A stretch of 64,000 nt of DNA from Candidatus Fervidifonticultor secundus. Its GTDB lineage: Bacteria > Sysuimicrobiota > Sysuimicrobiia > Sysuimicrobiales > Humicultoraceae. Every line of letters starts with the position of its first letter. The first letter of the stretch is position 1. Under the pieces are notes generated by a model. It saw only the letters and a list, made by a program, of their open reading frames with translations, searched no databases and had not been told where the DNA came from. The stretch spans positions 13,717 through 77,716 of the forward strand of contig JAVKIP010000014.1 in the NCBI GenBank assembly GCA_031459385.1, read 5' to 3'. Shown piece after piece: positions 9,426 through 18,747 of the stretch. The position numbers and the translations under genes were made by a program.

Positions 9426-9875
9426 CTACTTGACCACGGGCAGGTTCGCCGCTTTCCAGCCGCCCAGGCCGCCGCGCAGGTTGCGCACGTTGGTGTAGCC
9501 CCACATGCGCAGGACCGTGGTCGCCATCGCCCCCCGCACGCCGACGGCGCAGTAGACGACGATGGGCGCGCCGCGGCTATCGGGCAGCTTGTCCAGCGCC
9601 TTGGGCAGCTCGCGGATCGGCACGTGCACGGCGCCGGCGATGCGTTCGGCGTCCCACTCGGCCTTCTCGCGCACGTCGAGCACCAGCGGCCTGGCCGTTT
9701 CCATCAGGCGTTCGGCCGCCAGAGGGTCGATCTGGTAGAAGTCCGCCGGCATGGTGGTCAGCACCCGCTCGGCAGCCGCCAGCAGCGGCTTCTCGATCCA
9801 CTCCTTGGTGACGACCGGCCCGACGAGCGTCAGGGCCAGAGCCACGGTCAGGACTGCGATCAAAGGTTTCCTCAT
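9426..9875 (-). CDS. Exported/membrane-anchored rhodanese (sulfurtransferase), Sud-like
   Basis: Signal-like N-terminus; LDVRE, active loop CAVGVRG, NLRGGLGGW; last gene of the psr operon. Confidence 0.88.
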   Translation of the reverse strand: MRKPLIAVLTVALALTLVGPVVTKEWIEKPLLAAAERVLTTMPADFYQIDPLAAERLMETARPLVLDVREKAEWDAERIAGAVHVPIRELPKALDKLPDSRGAPIVVYCAVGVRGAMATTVLRMWGYTNVRNLRGGLGGWKAANLPVVK

Positions 9876-10001
9876 CGATGTGTCCTCCTTTCGTGTGTTG
9901 GTGGGGTCCGTCACCTGCGACGGAACCCGCCGTTTGATGCCTCTGGCCGCGGCGCGCCGCTTCCGCCCCGCGGCGGTGCACCGCGGCCACGCCGTGCACT
10001 C

Positions 10002-11012
10002 CTACAACCCGCGCTGGCCGGCATACACCAACACCACCCGCAGCGCCAGGCCGCCGGCCAGCGTCAGCGCGCACGAGGCGACGGCCAGCGGCCGCGGGCA
10101 GCGATGGACGACAACCTCCCGCAGCGCCGCGCCCAGGGGCACCAGCATGCCTGCCCCGACCACCAGCGTCCAGAACGGCACCGCCCACGATCCCCGGACG
10201 AGCATGGCAGCCGCCGCCTGCGGCCCGGTGCCGGCGGTAGCCAGACCCGCGAGGTAGAGGCCGACCAGCGCCAGCTTGCTCACGTGCAGCCCTGCTTCCG
10301 CCCGCACCAGCAGGGGCACCCACGGGCCCCGCGGGACCAGCAGCATCAGCACCGCCCCCGCCGCCGACAACCCCGAGGCCAGGAACAGTGGTCCGAGGAC
10401 CGGGCTGTTCCACACCGGCCGTGCCACCATGGTGCCCAGCAGGATGCCGGTGTACAGGCCCAAGCCGATCCCCAGGGCGAGGTTGGTCCATGCCAGCGCG
10501 CGCCCGCGGCGGCCGGCCCACCGGCCGGTCTGTTCCGGCATGCGGTGCAGCCACGGCCAGCGCCGGCACAGCCCGCTGCGGACGCCGGTGGCGAGGAGGG
10601 CAGGGACCGCTGCCAGGGAGGAGGTGAGCAGAACCGCCAGCAGGATCCATGCCCCCCACGACATCGGGCTGGTCGGCCGCAGCGTGACGTAGAGCCAGAA
10701 CGGCGTCCACCTGCTGCCCAGGTCGAGCCACAGCAGCACCAGGCCCGCCACGATCAGCGGCGGGACCAGCAGCGACGCCACCCGCACTGCCGGCAGGAAC
10801 TGGCGTCGCCGCCCGGCCAAGTGGGCCCACGACGCGAAGATCAGCAGCCCTGCCGCCACACCGCCCAGGAACAGGTAGGTCGCGACCTCCCACCCCCACA
10901 GGTGCAGGCGCGGGTTGAGCACCGCGTCGACCCGCTCCACCACCGGCGTGGGTACCGCGGCGACGCTACCAGCGGTGAAGGCTGTCACTGCGACCACCGC
11001 CGGGCCGATCAT
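10002..11012 (-). CDS. psrC: Polysulfide reductase membrane anchor (NrfD/PsrC)
   Basis: WGWEVATYLFLGG, DLG, TSPMSWGAW, YTGILL; ATG overlaps the psrB stop. Confidence 0.9.
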   Translation of the reverse strand: MIGPAVVAVTAFTAGSVAAVPTPVVERVDAVLNPRLHLWGWEVATYLFLGGVAAGLLIFASWAHLAGRRRQFLPAVRVASLLVPPLIVAGLVLLWLDLGSRWTPFWLYVTLRPTSPMSWGAWILLAVLLTSSLAAVPALLATGVRSGLCRRWPWLHRMPEQTGRWAGRRGRALAWTNLALGIGLGLYTGILLGTMVARPVWNSPVLGPLFLASGLSAAGAVLMLLVPRGPWVPLLVRAEAGLHVSKLALVGLYLAGLATAGTGPQAAAAMLVRGSWAVPFWTLVVGAGMLVPLGAALREVVVHRCPRPLAVASCALTLAGGLALRVVLVYAGQRGL

Positions 11013-11635
11013 CGACGCACCGCCGTCGCGCGGTCGCGGCCGGCCGCCGGCGTGGGGATGACCTCGCCGCGGGCCTCGGGTAGGCTCACCGCGCTGTTGA
11101 GGAAGAAGAACTTGGGCCGCGTGCCCGCTTCCGGCCGGTCGACCTCCACTCGCCGCGCGGCGGCCAGGGCGCGGCTGATGGTGCTTTGCGGATCGTCCAG
11201 GTCGCCGAAGACCAGCGCCTGTGTGGGGCACGTCTCGACGCAGGCCGGCTCGCGCCCCGCGGCGATGCGGTGATCGCACAGGGTGCACTTGTCGACGAAA
11301 CCCCGCGGGTGCGGGTAGCGCATCCCGTACGGGCAGGCCGCCACGCACGCCCGACACCCGATGCAGGTATCGTAGTTGACCAGACACAGGCCGTCCTGCG
11401 TCACGTACGTGGCGCCGGTGGGGCAAACGGGAACGCACGGCGGGCGTTCGCAGTGGTAGCACTGCATGTGAAGGAACGCCAGGCGCAGCGTAAGTGGGTC
11501 GTCGCCCAGGGCGACCTCGCCGATCCGGCGCCGGAAGAAGCCCTCGGGCACCTCGTGCTCCACCGCGCACGCCACGGCGCACGCCTGACAGCCCAGGCAC
11601 CGGTCGAGGTCGACGGCCATGCCGTAGCGGGCCAC
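11009..11635 (-). CDS. psrB: Polysulfide reductase Fe-S subunit (4x[4Fe-4S])
   Basis: CLGCQACAVAC, CYHCERPPCVPVCP, CIGCRACVAACPY, KCTLC...CVETCP. Confidence 0.93.
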   Translation of the reverse strand: MARYGMAVDLDRCLGCQACAVACAVEHEVPEGFFRRRIGEVALGDDPLTLRLAFLHMQCYHCERPPCVPVCPTGATYVTQDGLCLVNYDTCIGCRACVAACPYGMRYPHPRGFVDKCTLCDHRIAAGREPACVETCPTQALVFGDLDDPQSTISRALAAARRVEVDRPEAGTRPKFFFLNSAVSLPEARGEVIPTPAAGRDRATAVRR

Positions 11636-11637
11636 CG

Positions 11638-13887
11638 TCAGACCCTCTCCAGCCGCACGAAGTTCACCCGCAGCCCCGCGCCGCCGCTGACGGGGTCCAG
11701 GGCGTAGCGCGTCTGCAGGGCGGCGTCGCTGGCGCCCCTGGTGTGGGCGCGGCGCAGGCCCGGGGCGCGGTGGCCGAACCCGTGTACGATGTAGACGCAG
11801 TCGGGGCGGATGCGGGCCGTGGCGCGCACGGTCACCGGGCCGCTGCGGGCGCCGTCCTGGTTGACCAGCATCACCCGGTCACCGGTGCGCAGGCCCAGCG
11901 CCGCCGCGGCGCGCCGGTTCACCCATACGTCGTTGGTGGCCATGAAGCGTGTCAGGACCGGGTTGTTCTGCGTGCGGGCGAAGGTGTGCACCGGCGCTCG
12001 ACCGTAGAGCAACCGGAAGAAGCCCTGGGGAGGGTCCGCCGTGGGCTCGTAGCGCGGCAGCGGGTCCAGCCCCGCCTCGGCCAGATCATCACAGTAGAGC
12101 CGGATCTTCCCGCTGGGGGTAGGGAAGGGGGAGCGCGTCTTCCACTCCTCCAGGTAGGGCCTCCCCTTCTGGATGCTCACGCCGGTCTTCTTCATCTCCT
12201 CCAGCGTCAGGCCAGCCGAGTTGAGCCGCTGCTCCAGGTACTCCTCGATGGTGGTCCAGGGGAAGTACTGCGCCAGGCCCAGGCGCAGGCCCAGTTCGCG
12301 GGCGATCCACCAGCCGGGTTTCGTCTCATAGAGGGGCGCAACCACCGGCTGACGCAGCGCGATGAACGGCCGCTTGTGCGCCACCGCGATCAGGTCGTCG
12401 TAGCGCTCCAGGTAGGTGCACTCGGGCAGGACGACGTCGGCCCACGCCACGTGGTCCTGGGGCAGGATGTCGATGACGACGTGGAAGTCCAGGGCCGCCA
12501 GCGCCCGCCGCGTACGCTCGGGGTCGGGCAGCGAGTGGAACAGGTTGACCGCGTAGGTCACCAGCCCCTTGATCGGATACGGCTCGCCGGTGATCATCGG
12601 TTTCAGCAGTTCCTGGATCGCGACGCCGCCCCGCAGGAACCTGTGCCGTACGCCATCGGCCCGGGGTCTGCGGCCATGGGTGGGCTCCGGCGCGGGGCCG
12701 CCGGGTCCCGCACAGCCGCCTGCCTCGGACCCGATGGGGAAGGGCGGCAGCGGGTACTCCTCGATATACGGCGCCTCGGCGATGTAGAAGCCGCCCGGCC
12801 GCCCCCAGTTTCCCAACAGCACGTTGACCAGGTACAGCGCCCGCAGCCGCTGGGTGTCGTTGCCGTACCAGACCACGTGCCGGCTGGGCACCACCACGGC
12901 CTGCGGGCGGTAGCGGGCTAGGTCGCGCGCGACCTCGACGATGCTCTCGGCCGGGAGCTCGGTGATGGCCGCCGCCCACTGCGGCGTGAACGCCCGCACG
13001 TGGGCCGCGAGCTGGTCGAACCCCTCGGTCCAGCGCTCGACGTAGGCGCGGTCGTAGAGGCCCTCGGTGACCAGCACGTGCATCCACGCCAGCAGCAGCG
13101 CCGTGTCGGTGCCGGGCTTGATGGGCAGGTACCGGTCGGCCTTGCTGGCGGCGGTCGAGAAGCGGGGGTCCACGACCACGACCTGCGCGCCCCGGGCGCG
13201 GGCAGCGGCGAACTCCTGCATCGGGGTGTTGTGGGCGTTCTCGCCGATGTGCGTTCCAAGCAGCACGATGTAGCGCGTCTGCTCCCAGTCCACCGGCTCG
13301 TGGCCACCCAGCGGCCGGCCGAAGGTCAGCATCGCCGCCACCTCGCGAGGCGCGGTGCACATGCTGACCGAGGGCCTAGCGGCGTTGGGCGACCCCCATG
13401 CGGGCGCCAGGTAGTCCACGAACCACTTGTCGCCGGCGTAGTGCCCGAAGAACGCCACGGCCTCGGGTCCATACTGCTCCTTGATCCGCAGCAGCGCCTT
13501 CGCCGTGACGTCGAGGGCTTCGTCCCAGGTCGCCTCGCGGAACTTCCCCTCGCCGCGGGCGCCCGTGCGAATCAGGGGCCGCCGCAGCCGGTCGGGGTCG
13601 TACAGTTCGCCGATACCGCCCAGGCCCCGGGCGCACAGCCGGCCGTTCGACTTCGGGTTGTCGGGGTGCCCGTCCAGTTTCCAGACCCGGCCGCCGGCCA
13701 CGTGGGCCACGGCGCCGCAGCGCCACAGGCACATCTCGCACACGGTAGGGATCTGCGTCGTCGCCTGCTGGTACCAGACCCGCCGCGGGGACAGCAGCAG
13801 GCGCCGCAGCGCCGGGGCCGAGGCGGCTGTCGCCACCAGAGCGGTGCTGCCGCCGACGATCAGGAACTCACGCCGCGACAGCTTCAC
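11638..13887 (-). CDS. psrA: Polysulfide/thiosulfate reductase Mo-bisPGD catalytic subunit, Tat-exported
   Basis: GTG 13887, Tat motif SRREFL, CEMCLWRC...LC FS0 cluster, SVSMCTAPRE Mo ligand; resembles Thermus thermophilus PsrA as I recall it. Confidence 0.9.
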   Translation of the reverse strand: MKLSRREFLIVGGSTALVATAASAPALRRLLLSPRRVWYQQATTQIPTVCEMCLWRCGAVAHVAGGRVWKLDGHPDNPKSNGRLCARGLGGIGELYDPDRLRRPLIRTGARGEGKFREATWDEALDVTAKALLRIKEQYGPEAVAFFGHYAGDKWFVDYLAPAWGSPNAARPSVSMCTAPREVAAMLTFGRPLGGHEPVDWEQTRYIVLLGTHIGENAHNTPMQEFAAARARGAQVVVVDPRFSTAASKADRYLPIKPGTDTALLLAWMHVLVTEGLYDRAYVERWTEGFDQLAAHVRAFTPQWAAAITELPAESIVEVARDLARYRPQAVVVPSRHVVWYGNDTQRLRALYLVNVLLGNWGRPGGFYIAEAPYIEEYPLPPFPIGSEAGGCAGPGGPAPEPTHGRRPRADGVRHRFLRGGVAIQELLKPMITGEPYPIKGLVTYAVNLFHSLPDPERTRRALAALDFHVVIDILPQDHVAWADVVLPECTYLERYDDLIAVAHKRPFIALRQPVVAPLYETKPGWWIARELGLRLGLAQYFPWTTIEEYLEQRLNSAGLTLEEMKKTGVSIQKGRPYLEEWKTRSPFPTPSGKIRLYCDDLAEAGLDPLPRYEPTADPPQGFFRLLYGRAPVHTFARTQNNPVLTRFMATNDVWVNRRAAAALGLRTGDRVMLVNQDGARSGPVTVRATARIRPDCVYIVHGFGHRAPGLRRAHTRGASDAALQTRYALDPVSGGAGLRVNFVRLERV

Positions 13888-14363
13888 CGCATGGCCACCT
13901 CCGGGTCGGTGCCCGCGTGCGCCTCGTGCAGCACGGGGCACCGCGCGACAGCGCGCTGCCACAGGTGTGCCTCGCGCTCCATCGCCCGCCGCACGAGGCA
14001 GACCGCCGTGGCCAGCCACTCGCCATCCAGACGGTCGCGCGGGATGCCGGCGCACGCCCCTGCGGTCCAGACCGCCGCGCGGTACTGCGGGGCGCCGCCT
14101 GGGAGCATCACCAGCACGCGGAGGCCCGGGGTGTCGTGCTGCAGCGCATTCAGGAGCAGCGGCGTGGCATCGGCGGCGATGTCCCAGTCCAGCAGCAAGG
14201 CATGGGGCCGCCAGCCGGCCAAGCGGGCGTGGGTGTCCGCCAGCGTGGCGGCCTCGGCCACCTCCAGGTCGACCGGGAGCAGCGGGCGCGTGGCCTCCAC
14301 GACCTCGCGGACGGTCTGTCGGAACTCGACGTGGGGTTCGGCGATCAAGAGACGGAAGGCCAC
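13884..14363 (-). CDS. Stand-alone atypical receiver (REC) protein with a C-terminal RCPVLH motif
   Basis: RLLIAEPH, LLLDWDI, VLVML, AGACAGIPR; stop overlaps the psrA start (GTGA). Confidence 0.75.
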   Translation of the reverse strand: MAFRLLIAEPHVEFRQTVREVVEATRPLLPVDLEVAEAATLADTHARLAGWRPHALLLDWDIAADATPLLLNALQHDTPGLRVLVMLPGGAPQYRAAVWTAGACAGIPRDRLDGEWLATAVCLVRRAMEREAHLWQRAVARCPVLHEAHAGTDPEVAMR

Positions 14364-14409
14364 GGTCGCATCACCATCCCCATGGTGCGGCGGCGGCGCG
14401 GGAGGGAGA

Positions 14410-14477
14410 ATCGGGGTTTCCCGGAGAGTTCGAAGGGAGTTTTCCCGACAGGGGGTCGAATCGGGCAGAGACCTGAT
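14410..14477. promoter_or_regulatory. Cluster of regulon boxes in the divergent psr/gltA promoter
   Basis: ATCGGG half-site 14410 (minus -10 CACCAT 22 nt away); GAAGGG-N6-CCCGAC 14432; ATCGGG-cagaga-CCTGAT 14460-14477 (-10 TAGACT 14501, 23 nt). Confidence 0.72.
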
Positions 14478-14568
14478 GGCCGGCTGTCGCGCGGGCGTTC
14501 TAGACTGACCTCGGACGTCGGCCTGAGCAGCCAGCAGCAAACCGTGGGCCGAGGGGGTGCGCGCAGTC

Positions 14569-15894
14569 ATGGGCAAGGACACGTTGACCATCATCGACAA
14601 CCGCACCGGGAGGACGTACGAGCTTCCCATCCTCTACGGGACCTATCCCCGGTACGGTGCGGCCATCCGGGCCATCGACCTGCGCCAGATCAAGGTGGAC
14701 GACCAGGACTTCGGGCTCATGAGCTACGATCCGGCGTTTCTCAACACGGCGTCGACCCGCAGCACCATCACGTTCATCGACGGCGAGCGAGGCATCCTGC
14801 GGTATCGCGGGTACCCGATCGAGGTGCTGGCGGAACGGGCGTCGTACCTGGAGGTCGCCTACCTCCTGCTGCACGGCGAGCTGCCTACCCGGGCGGAGCT
14901 GGACGCCTGGGTGCACGAGATTACCCACCACACGTTCATCCACGAGTCCATCAAGAAGTTCCTGGACGGGTTCCACTACGACGCGCACCCGATGGGCATG
15001 CTCATTGGCACCGTCGCCGCGCTGTCCACCTTCTACCCCGAGGCCAAGCAGATCCACGACCCGACGGTGCGGCGGCGGCAGATCGTACGCCTGCTGGCCA
15101 AGATGCCGACCATCGCGGCGTTTGCGTACCGGCACAGCCGTGGGCTGCCCTACGCGTATCCCGACAACGACCTCTCGTACACCGGCAACTTCCTCAACAT
15201 GCTCTTCAAGACCACCGAGGTGAAGTACGCGCCGCACCCGGTGCTGGAGCGGGCGCTGGATCGCCTCTTCATCCTGCACGCCGACCATGAGCAGAACTGC
15301 AGCACGAACGCCATGCGCGGCATCGGGAGCAGCCACGCCGACCCCTACTCGGCCCTGGCCGGCGCCGCCGCCGCCCTCTACGGGCCCCTGCACGGGGGCG
15401 CCAACGAGCAGGTGCTGCGCATGCTGCGGGAGATCGGCAGCAAGGACCGGGTGGGCAGCTACATCAAGCGGGTCAAGGCCGGCGAGGTCCTGCTCATGGG
15501 CTTCGGCCACCGCGTCTACAAGCACTACGACCCGCGGGCCCGGATTATCAAGCGGGTCGCAGACGAGGTGTTCACGGTGACCGGGGTCAACCCGCTGCTG
15601 GAGATTGCCCTGGAGCTGGAGCGCATCGCGCTGGAGGATGACTACTTCGTCACGCGCCGGCTCTACCCCAACGTCGACTTCTACTCAGGGATCATCTACC
15701 AGGCCATGGGGTTCCCGGTAGAGATGTTCCCGGTCCTGTTCGCCATTCCGCGCACCGCGGGCTGGCTGGCCCAGTGGGAGGAGCTGCTGGGGGATCCTGA
15801 GCAGAAGATCAGCCGGCCGCGCCAGCTCTACGTCGGGGCCGACCTACGCGACTACGTGTCCCTCGAGGCGCGGGGGGCGGGGCGGGCGGCTTAG
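14569..15894 (+). CDS. gltA: Citrate synthase (type II-like)
   Basis: LHADHEQNCST, GPLHGGAN, GFGHRVYK, YPNVDFYSG. Confidence 0.97.
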   Translation: MGKDTLTIIDNRTGRTYELPILYGTYPRYGAAIRAIDLRQIKVDDQDFGLMSYDPAFLNTASTRSTITFIDGERGILRYRGYPIEVLAERASYLEVAYLLLHGELPTRAELDAWVHEITHHTFIHESIKKFLDGFHYDAHPMGMLIGTVAALSTFYPEAKQIHDPTVRRRQIVRLLAKMPTIAAFAYRHSRGLPYAYPDNDLSYTGNFLNMLFKTTEVKYAPHPVLERALDRLFILHADHEQNCSTNAMRGIGSSHADPYSALAGAAAALYGPLHGGANEQVLRMLREIGSKDRVGSYIKRVKAGEVLLMGFGHRVYKHYDPRARIIKRVADEVFTVTGVNPLLEIALELERIALEDDYFVTRRLYPNVDFYSGIIYQAMGFPVEMFPVLFAIPRTAGWLAQWEELLGDPEQKISRPRQLYVGADLRDYVSLEARGAGRAA

Positions 15895-15911
15895 CTGGGG
15901 GCGATGCCGGG

Positions 15912-16343
15912 CTATGGCCACGTCCCGCGCAGGCCCCGGAGGAAGATGCGCGCGGTGACCGGGCCGACGCCTTTGAACTGTTGCAGGCGGCGCGCCAGGT
16001 CGCGCTCGCTGGTGGCCTGCGCCAGCAGGCCGGTCACGCTCCCGTACTGGGCTTCGAGCGCCGCGCACACCTCCAGCAGCTTGGTGGCGGTGGAGAAGTC
16101 GTAGCGCACGTAGTGCCCGCGGTCCAGCGCCGCCACCAGCCTGTCCCAGCCAGCGGCGAGGATCGCCTCGGGACTGGTCAGTCCCTCCCGCACGAACTCC
16201 TCATACGCGCGTCGGGCGACGGTCTGCTGAATGGGCTTGCCGAAGAGCAGGCAGGCCAGGAACCACTTGAACCGTTCTTCTTCCCGCCGGGACGCCAGAT
16301 CGATACCCAAGTCGGTGGCCGAGATGCGCCGGCGGCCGGCCAT
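15912..16343 (-). CDS. Small helix-hairpin-helix (HhH-GPD-like) protein
   Basis: FKWFLACLLFGKPI, YVRYD, FKGVGPVTARIFLR HhH motif. Confidence 0.75.
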   Translation of the reverse strand: MAGRRRISATDLGIDLASRREEERFKWFLACLLFGKPIQQTVARRAYEEFVREGLTSPEAILAAGWDRLVAALDRGHYVRYDFSTATKLLEVCAALEAQYGSVTGLLAQATSERDLARRLQQFKGVGPVTARIFLRGLRGTWP

Positions 16344-16352
16344 GGGAGGGGG

Positions 16353-16568
16353 TCAGGTGGGTTGCGGTGGCGTTGGCGGGACCCCGGAGATCTCCATGCG
16401 GGTCAGCGCCGGAACGCGTCGTTCACCGTCAGGACGGGGACAGAGGTGATAGACTGCGACGATCTCGCCGACAGCGGGCGTCACCAGGGCCTCGGCACCG
16501 CAGGCGGGACACCTGGCAACCACTGGTGCCGGCCGGGTCTTCGTCGTCTCCTGGGTCGTGACCACCAC
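16353..16568 (-). CDS. Small hypothetical protein, possible zinc ribbon
   Basis: GGGAGG RBS, TATAAT on the minus strand at 16612-16607; CPACG...HLCP. Confidence 0.55.
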   Translation of the reverse strand: MVVTTQETTKTRPAPVVARCPACGAEALVTPAVGEIVAVYHLCPRPDGERRVPALTRMEISGVPPTPPQPT

Positions 16569-16647
16569 GTGCCTCCCTGGCGTCCACCGGCCCGCCTCTT
16601 GAAACCATTATACCTCCACCGTCATCTCGTCCGGTGTGCGACCGCCC

Positions 16648-17127
16648 TCAGTGCCGGGGCCCTGTCTCGGCTGCGGGCTCGCGCATCGCCCGCAGCACCG
16701 CCATCAGCAGCTGCAGCAGGCCGGCGACCTCGGGGCTACGCATCAGGGCCAGCACCTCCCGCAGGCGTAGCGGCTCGCGACGGGCGACGGCCTGCGGGTA
16801 GGCGGCGTTGACGGCCGCGGGTACCTTCATCGCCGCCGTGAAGAACGGCCCGTAGGCGATCTGCCCTACCGCTCCCAGCAGCATCATCAGGTTGGCCACC
16901 ATGGTCATCAGTTCGGGGCGCGTCGAAGCGCTGAACGCCTCGTCGAACTCCTCCAGCACCGCCTCACCCGCCGCCAGCAGACCTGAGTCCGCCAGCCGCC
17001 CGACCACCCGCACGGCCTGCTCGATGGCGCCGGCGCGGCGGGCCACCTCGCGCAGCACGCGCTCCAGCGCCTGGCGGTCCTCCGCACTGAGACCGGTCAG
17101 TACAGGGAGAGCCTGTGCGTCGGACAT
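16648..17127 (-). CDS. DUF1641-like protein (commonly next to SQR)
   Basis: RLADSGLL, LRLREVLALMRSPEV; directly downstream of sqr. Confidence 0.7.
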   Translation of the reverse strand: MSDAQALPVLTGLSAEDRQALERVLREVARRAGAIEQAVRVVGRLADSGLLAAGEAVLEEFDEAFSASTRPELMTMVANLMMLLGAVGQIAYGPFFTAAMKVPAAVNAAYPQAVARREPLRLREVLALMRSPEVAGLLQLLMAVLRAMREPAAETGPRH

Positions 17128-17141
17128 CTGGGGTTCCCTCC

Positions 17142-18296
17142 TCACGCGCCGAAGAGATGCGCAAACCAGAAGCGCTCGAACCCGGTCTTGACGGCCCGGA
17201 ACAGGCGCATCCCGCCCAGCAGGCGACAGTCCGGGTACGGTGCCCGACCGTAGAGCTTCTCGGTGAAGTCGCACCACACGGCCGCGCCCATGTAGCCCGT
17301 ATCCATGACGCAGACACCGACCATGTTGTAGAGCTCGCCGACGAAGACGCCGCGGATGCGGTCAAGGATCTGCGTGACGACGTGGTCGGCCTGCAGGTGC
17401 GCGAACACCCCGGCCATGCCCAGGCCGATGGTCGGGGCCACCACGTCGCCGACCCCATAGACCTCCGGGTAGCGGGGGGAGACCATCGACGGCAGGCTGA
17501 CGTCCATGTACCCGTCGGCGGTGGCCAGCGGCGAGGTGCGCACCGGGGGCGGGGCGTCATGGGGCGGGACGATGATCGCCAGATCATACTCCAGCGTACG
17601 GCCGTCGGCGGCCCGCAGCACCCGGCGGTCGCGGTCATGTGCCGCCAGGACGAACCCGCCTTCGAACCCCACGCGGAACTGTCGCATGAACTGCGTGAAG
17701 CCGTCCACCATGAGCAGGCCGAACGTCTCCATGGGCCGCTGCCAGGGGTGGAAGACGGTGATCTCCGTCCGGTCGGACAAGTGGCGCTGGTCGGCCAGGT
17801 ACCGGAGCATGAACGCCATCTCGAACGGCGCGGGGGGACAGCGGTACGGCCAGGCCACCGGCCCCACCACCACCCGCCCGCCGGCAAACGCCCCCAGGCG
17901 CCGATGCAGGGCGACCGCGTGGCCCAGCTCCCACGGCGCCTCCAGGCCCTGCAGCGTCGGGTCGTCCCGCAACACCGCGCCCAGGGCCACGATGAGGAAG
18001 TCGTAGTCGATCGGCCCCTGATCGGTCCGGACCCGACGGGCCTCGGGCTCGATGGCGTCCACCGTGGCCTGGAGGACCCGGGTCCCGTAGCGGTCGGCGA
18101 GCAGACGCAGCGGCCGGCGCACCTCGTCGGGCTGACGTCGGCCGGTCATCACCCAGAGGTAGCTGGGACGGTATTCGTGCCAGGAGCTGCGGTCGATCAG
18201 CGCCACCTCGACCTCCCCTGGCCGGGCCCACTGTGCGAAGCGGCGAGCGGCGATGACCCCACCGCTCCCCCCGCCGAGGATCACGACACGGTGCAT
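17142..18296 (-). CDS. sqr: Sulfide:quinone oxidoreductase-like flavoprotein (type III-like)
   Basis: GGGSGG FAD motif, YRCPPAPFE, YGVGD, GVCVMDTG second Cys. Confidence 0.82.
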   Translation of the reverse strand: MHRVVILGGGSGGVIAARRFAQWARPGEVEVALIDRSSWHEYRPSYLWVMTGRRQPDEVRRPLRLLADRYGTRVLQATVDAIEPEARRVRTDQGPIDYDFLIVALGAVLRDDPTLQGLEAPWELGHAVALHRRLGAFAGGRVVVGPVAWPYRCPPAPFEMAFMLRYLADQRHLSDRTEITVFHPWQRPMETFGLLMVDGFTQFMRQFRVGFEGGFVLAAHDRDRRVLRAADGRTLEYDLAIIVPPHDAPPPVRTSPLATADGYMDVSLPSMVSPRYPEVYGVGDVVAPTIGLGMAGVFAHLQADHVVTQILDRIRGVFVGELYNMVGVCVMDTGYMGAAVWCDFTEKLYGRAPYPDCRLLGGMRLFRAVKTGFERFWFAHLFGA

Positions 18297-18371
18297 GGCA
18301 GCCTCCTCTCCGCGGACCTGGCCGCAGGCGATCCCGTGTCACACGCTGCCGGCGTCCGCGCTCACGGCGTC

Positions 18372-18575
18372 CTACGCGTCTTTGCGCGTGGAGATCCCGA
18401 ACGGGACATATAGCGGACACCGGCCCGCCAGGCTCGTGGCAAGGAAGACGACGGCCACCGCGCCCAGCACGGCGGCGGCTGTGCCGCTGATCCGGCCGGT
18501 GGCGTACAGGTACGCGATCACCACCGCTACGAGGACACGGACCACACGGTCGGCGGTTCCCATATTCGGCTTCAC
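18372..18575 (-). CDS. DUF2892/YgaP-like membrane protein
   Basis: NMGTADRVVR...RCPLYVPFGIST. Confidence 0.88.
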   Translation of the reverse strand: MKPNMGTADRVVRVLVAVVIAYLYATGRISGTAAAVLGAVAVVFLATSLAGRCPLYVPFGISTRKDA

Positions 18576-18747
18576 CGTCGCTCACCTCTCCTGCTGACGG
18601 TTACCACACATCGCTCGCATCACCCGAATCGGCACGACGTCCTTACCGGATCCCTTGTGCTACCCCGCTGGCGTGCATATGCACCTCGGAGCACCCGTTC
18701 CTCCTGCCCCGTTGCCGCTCCGCGCCGCCCTGCCCCCCCCGGGGTGG

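Noticed and set aside
18597..18645. Possible regulon box upstream of DUF2892-sqr (ATCGGC at 18628)
   Set aside because: Second half-site poor and -10 spacing off (24 nt); membership of sqr in the regulon is left open
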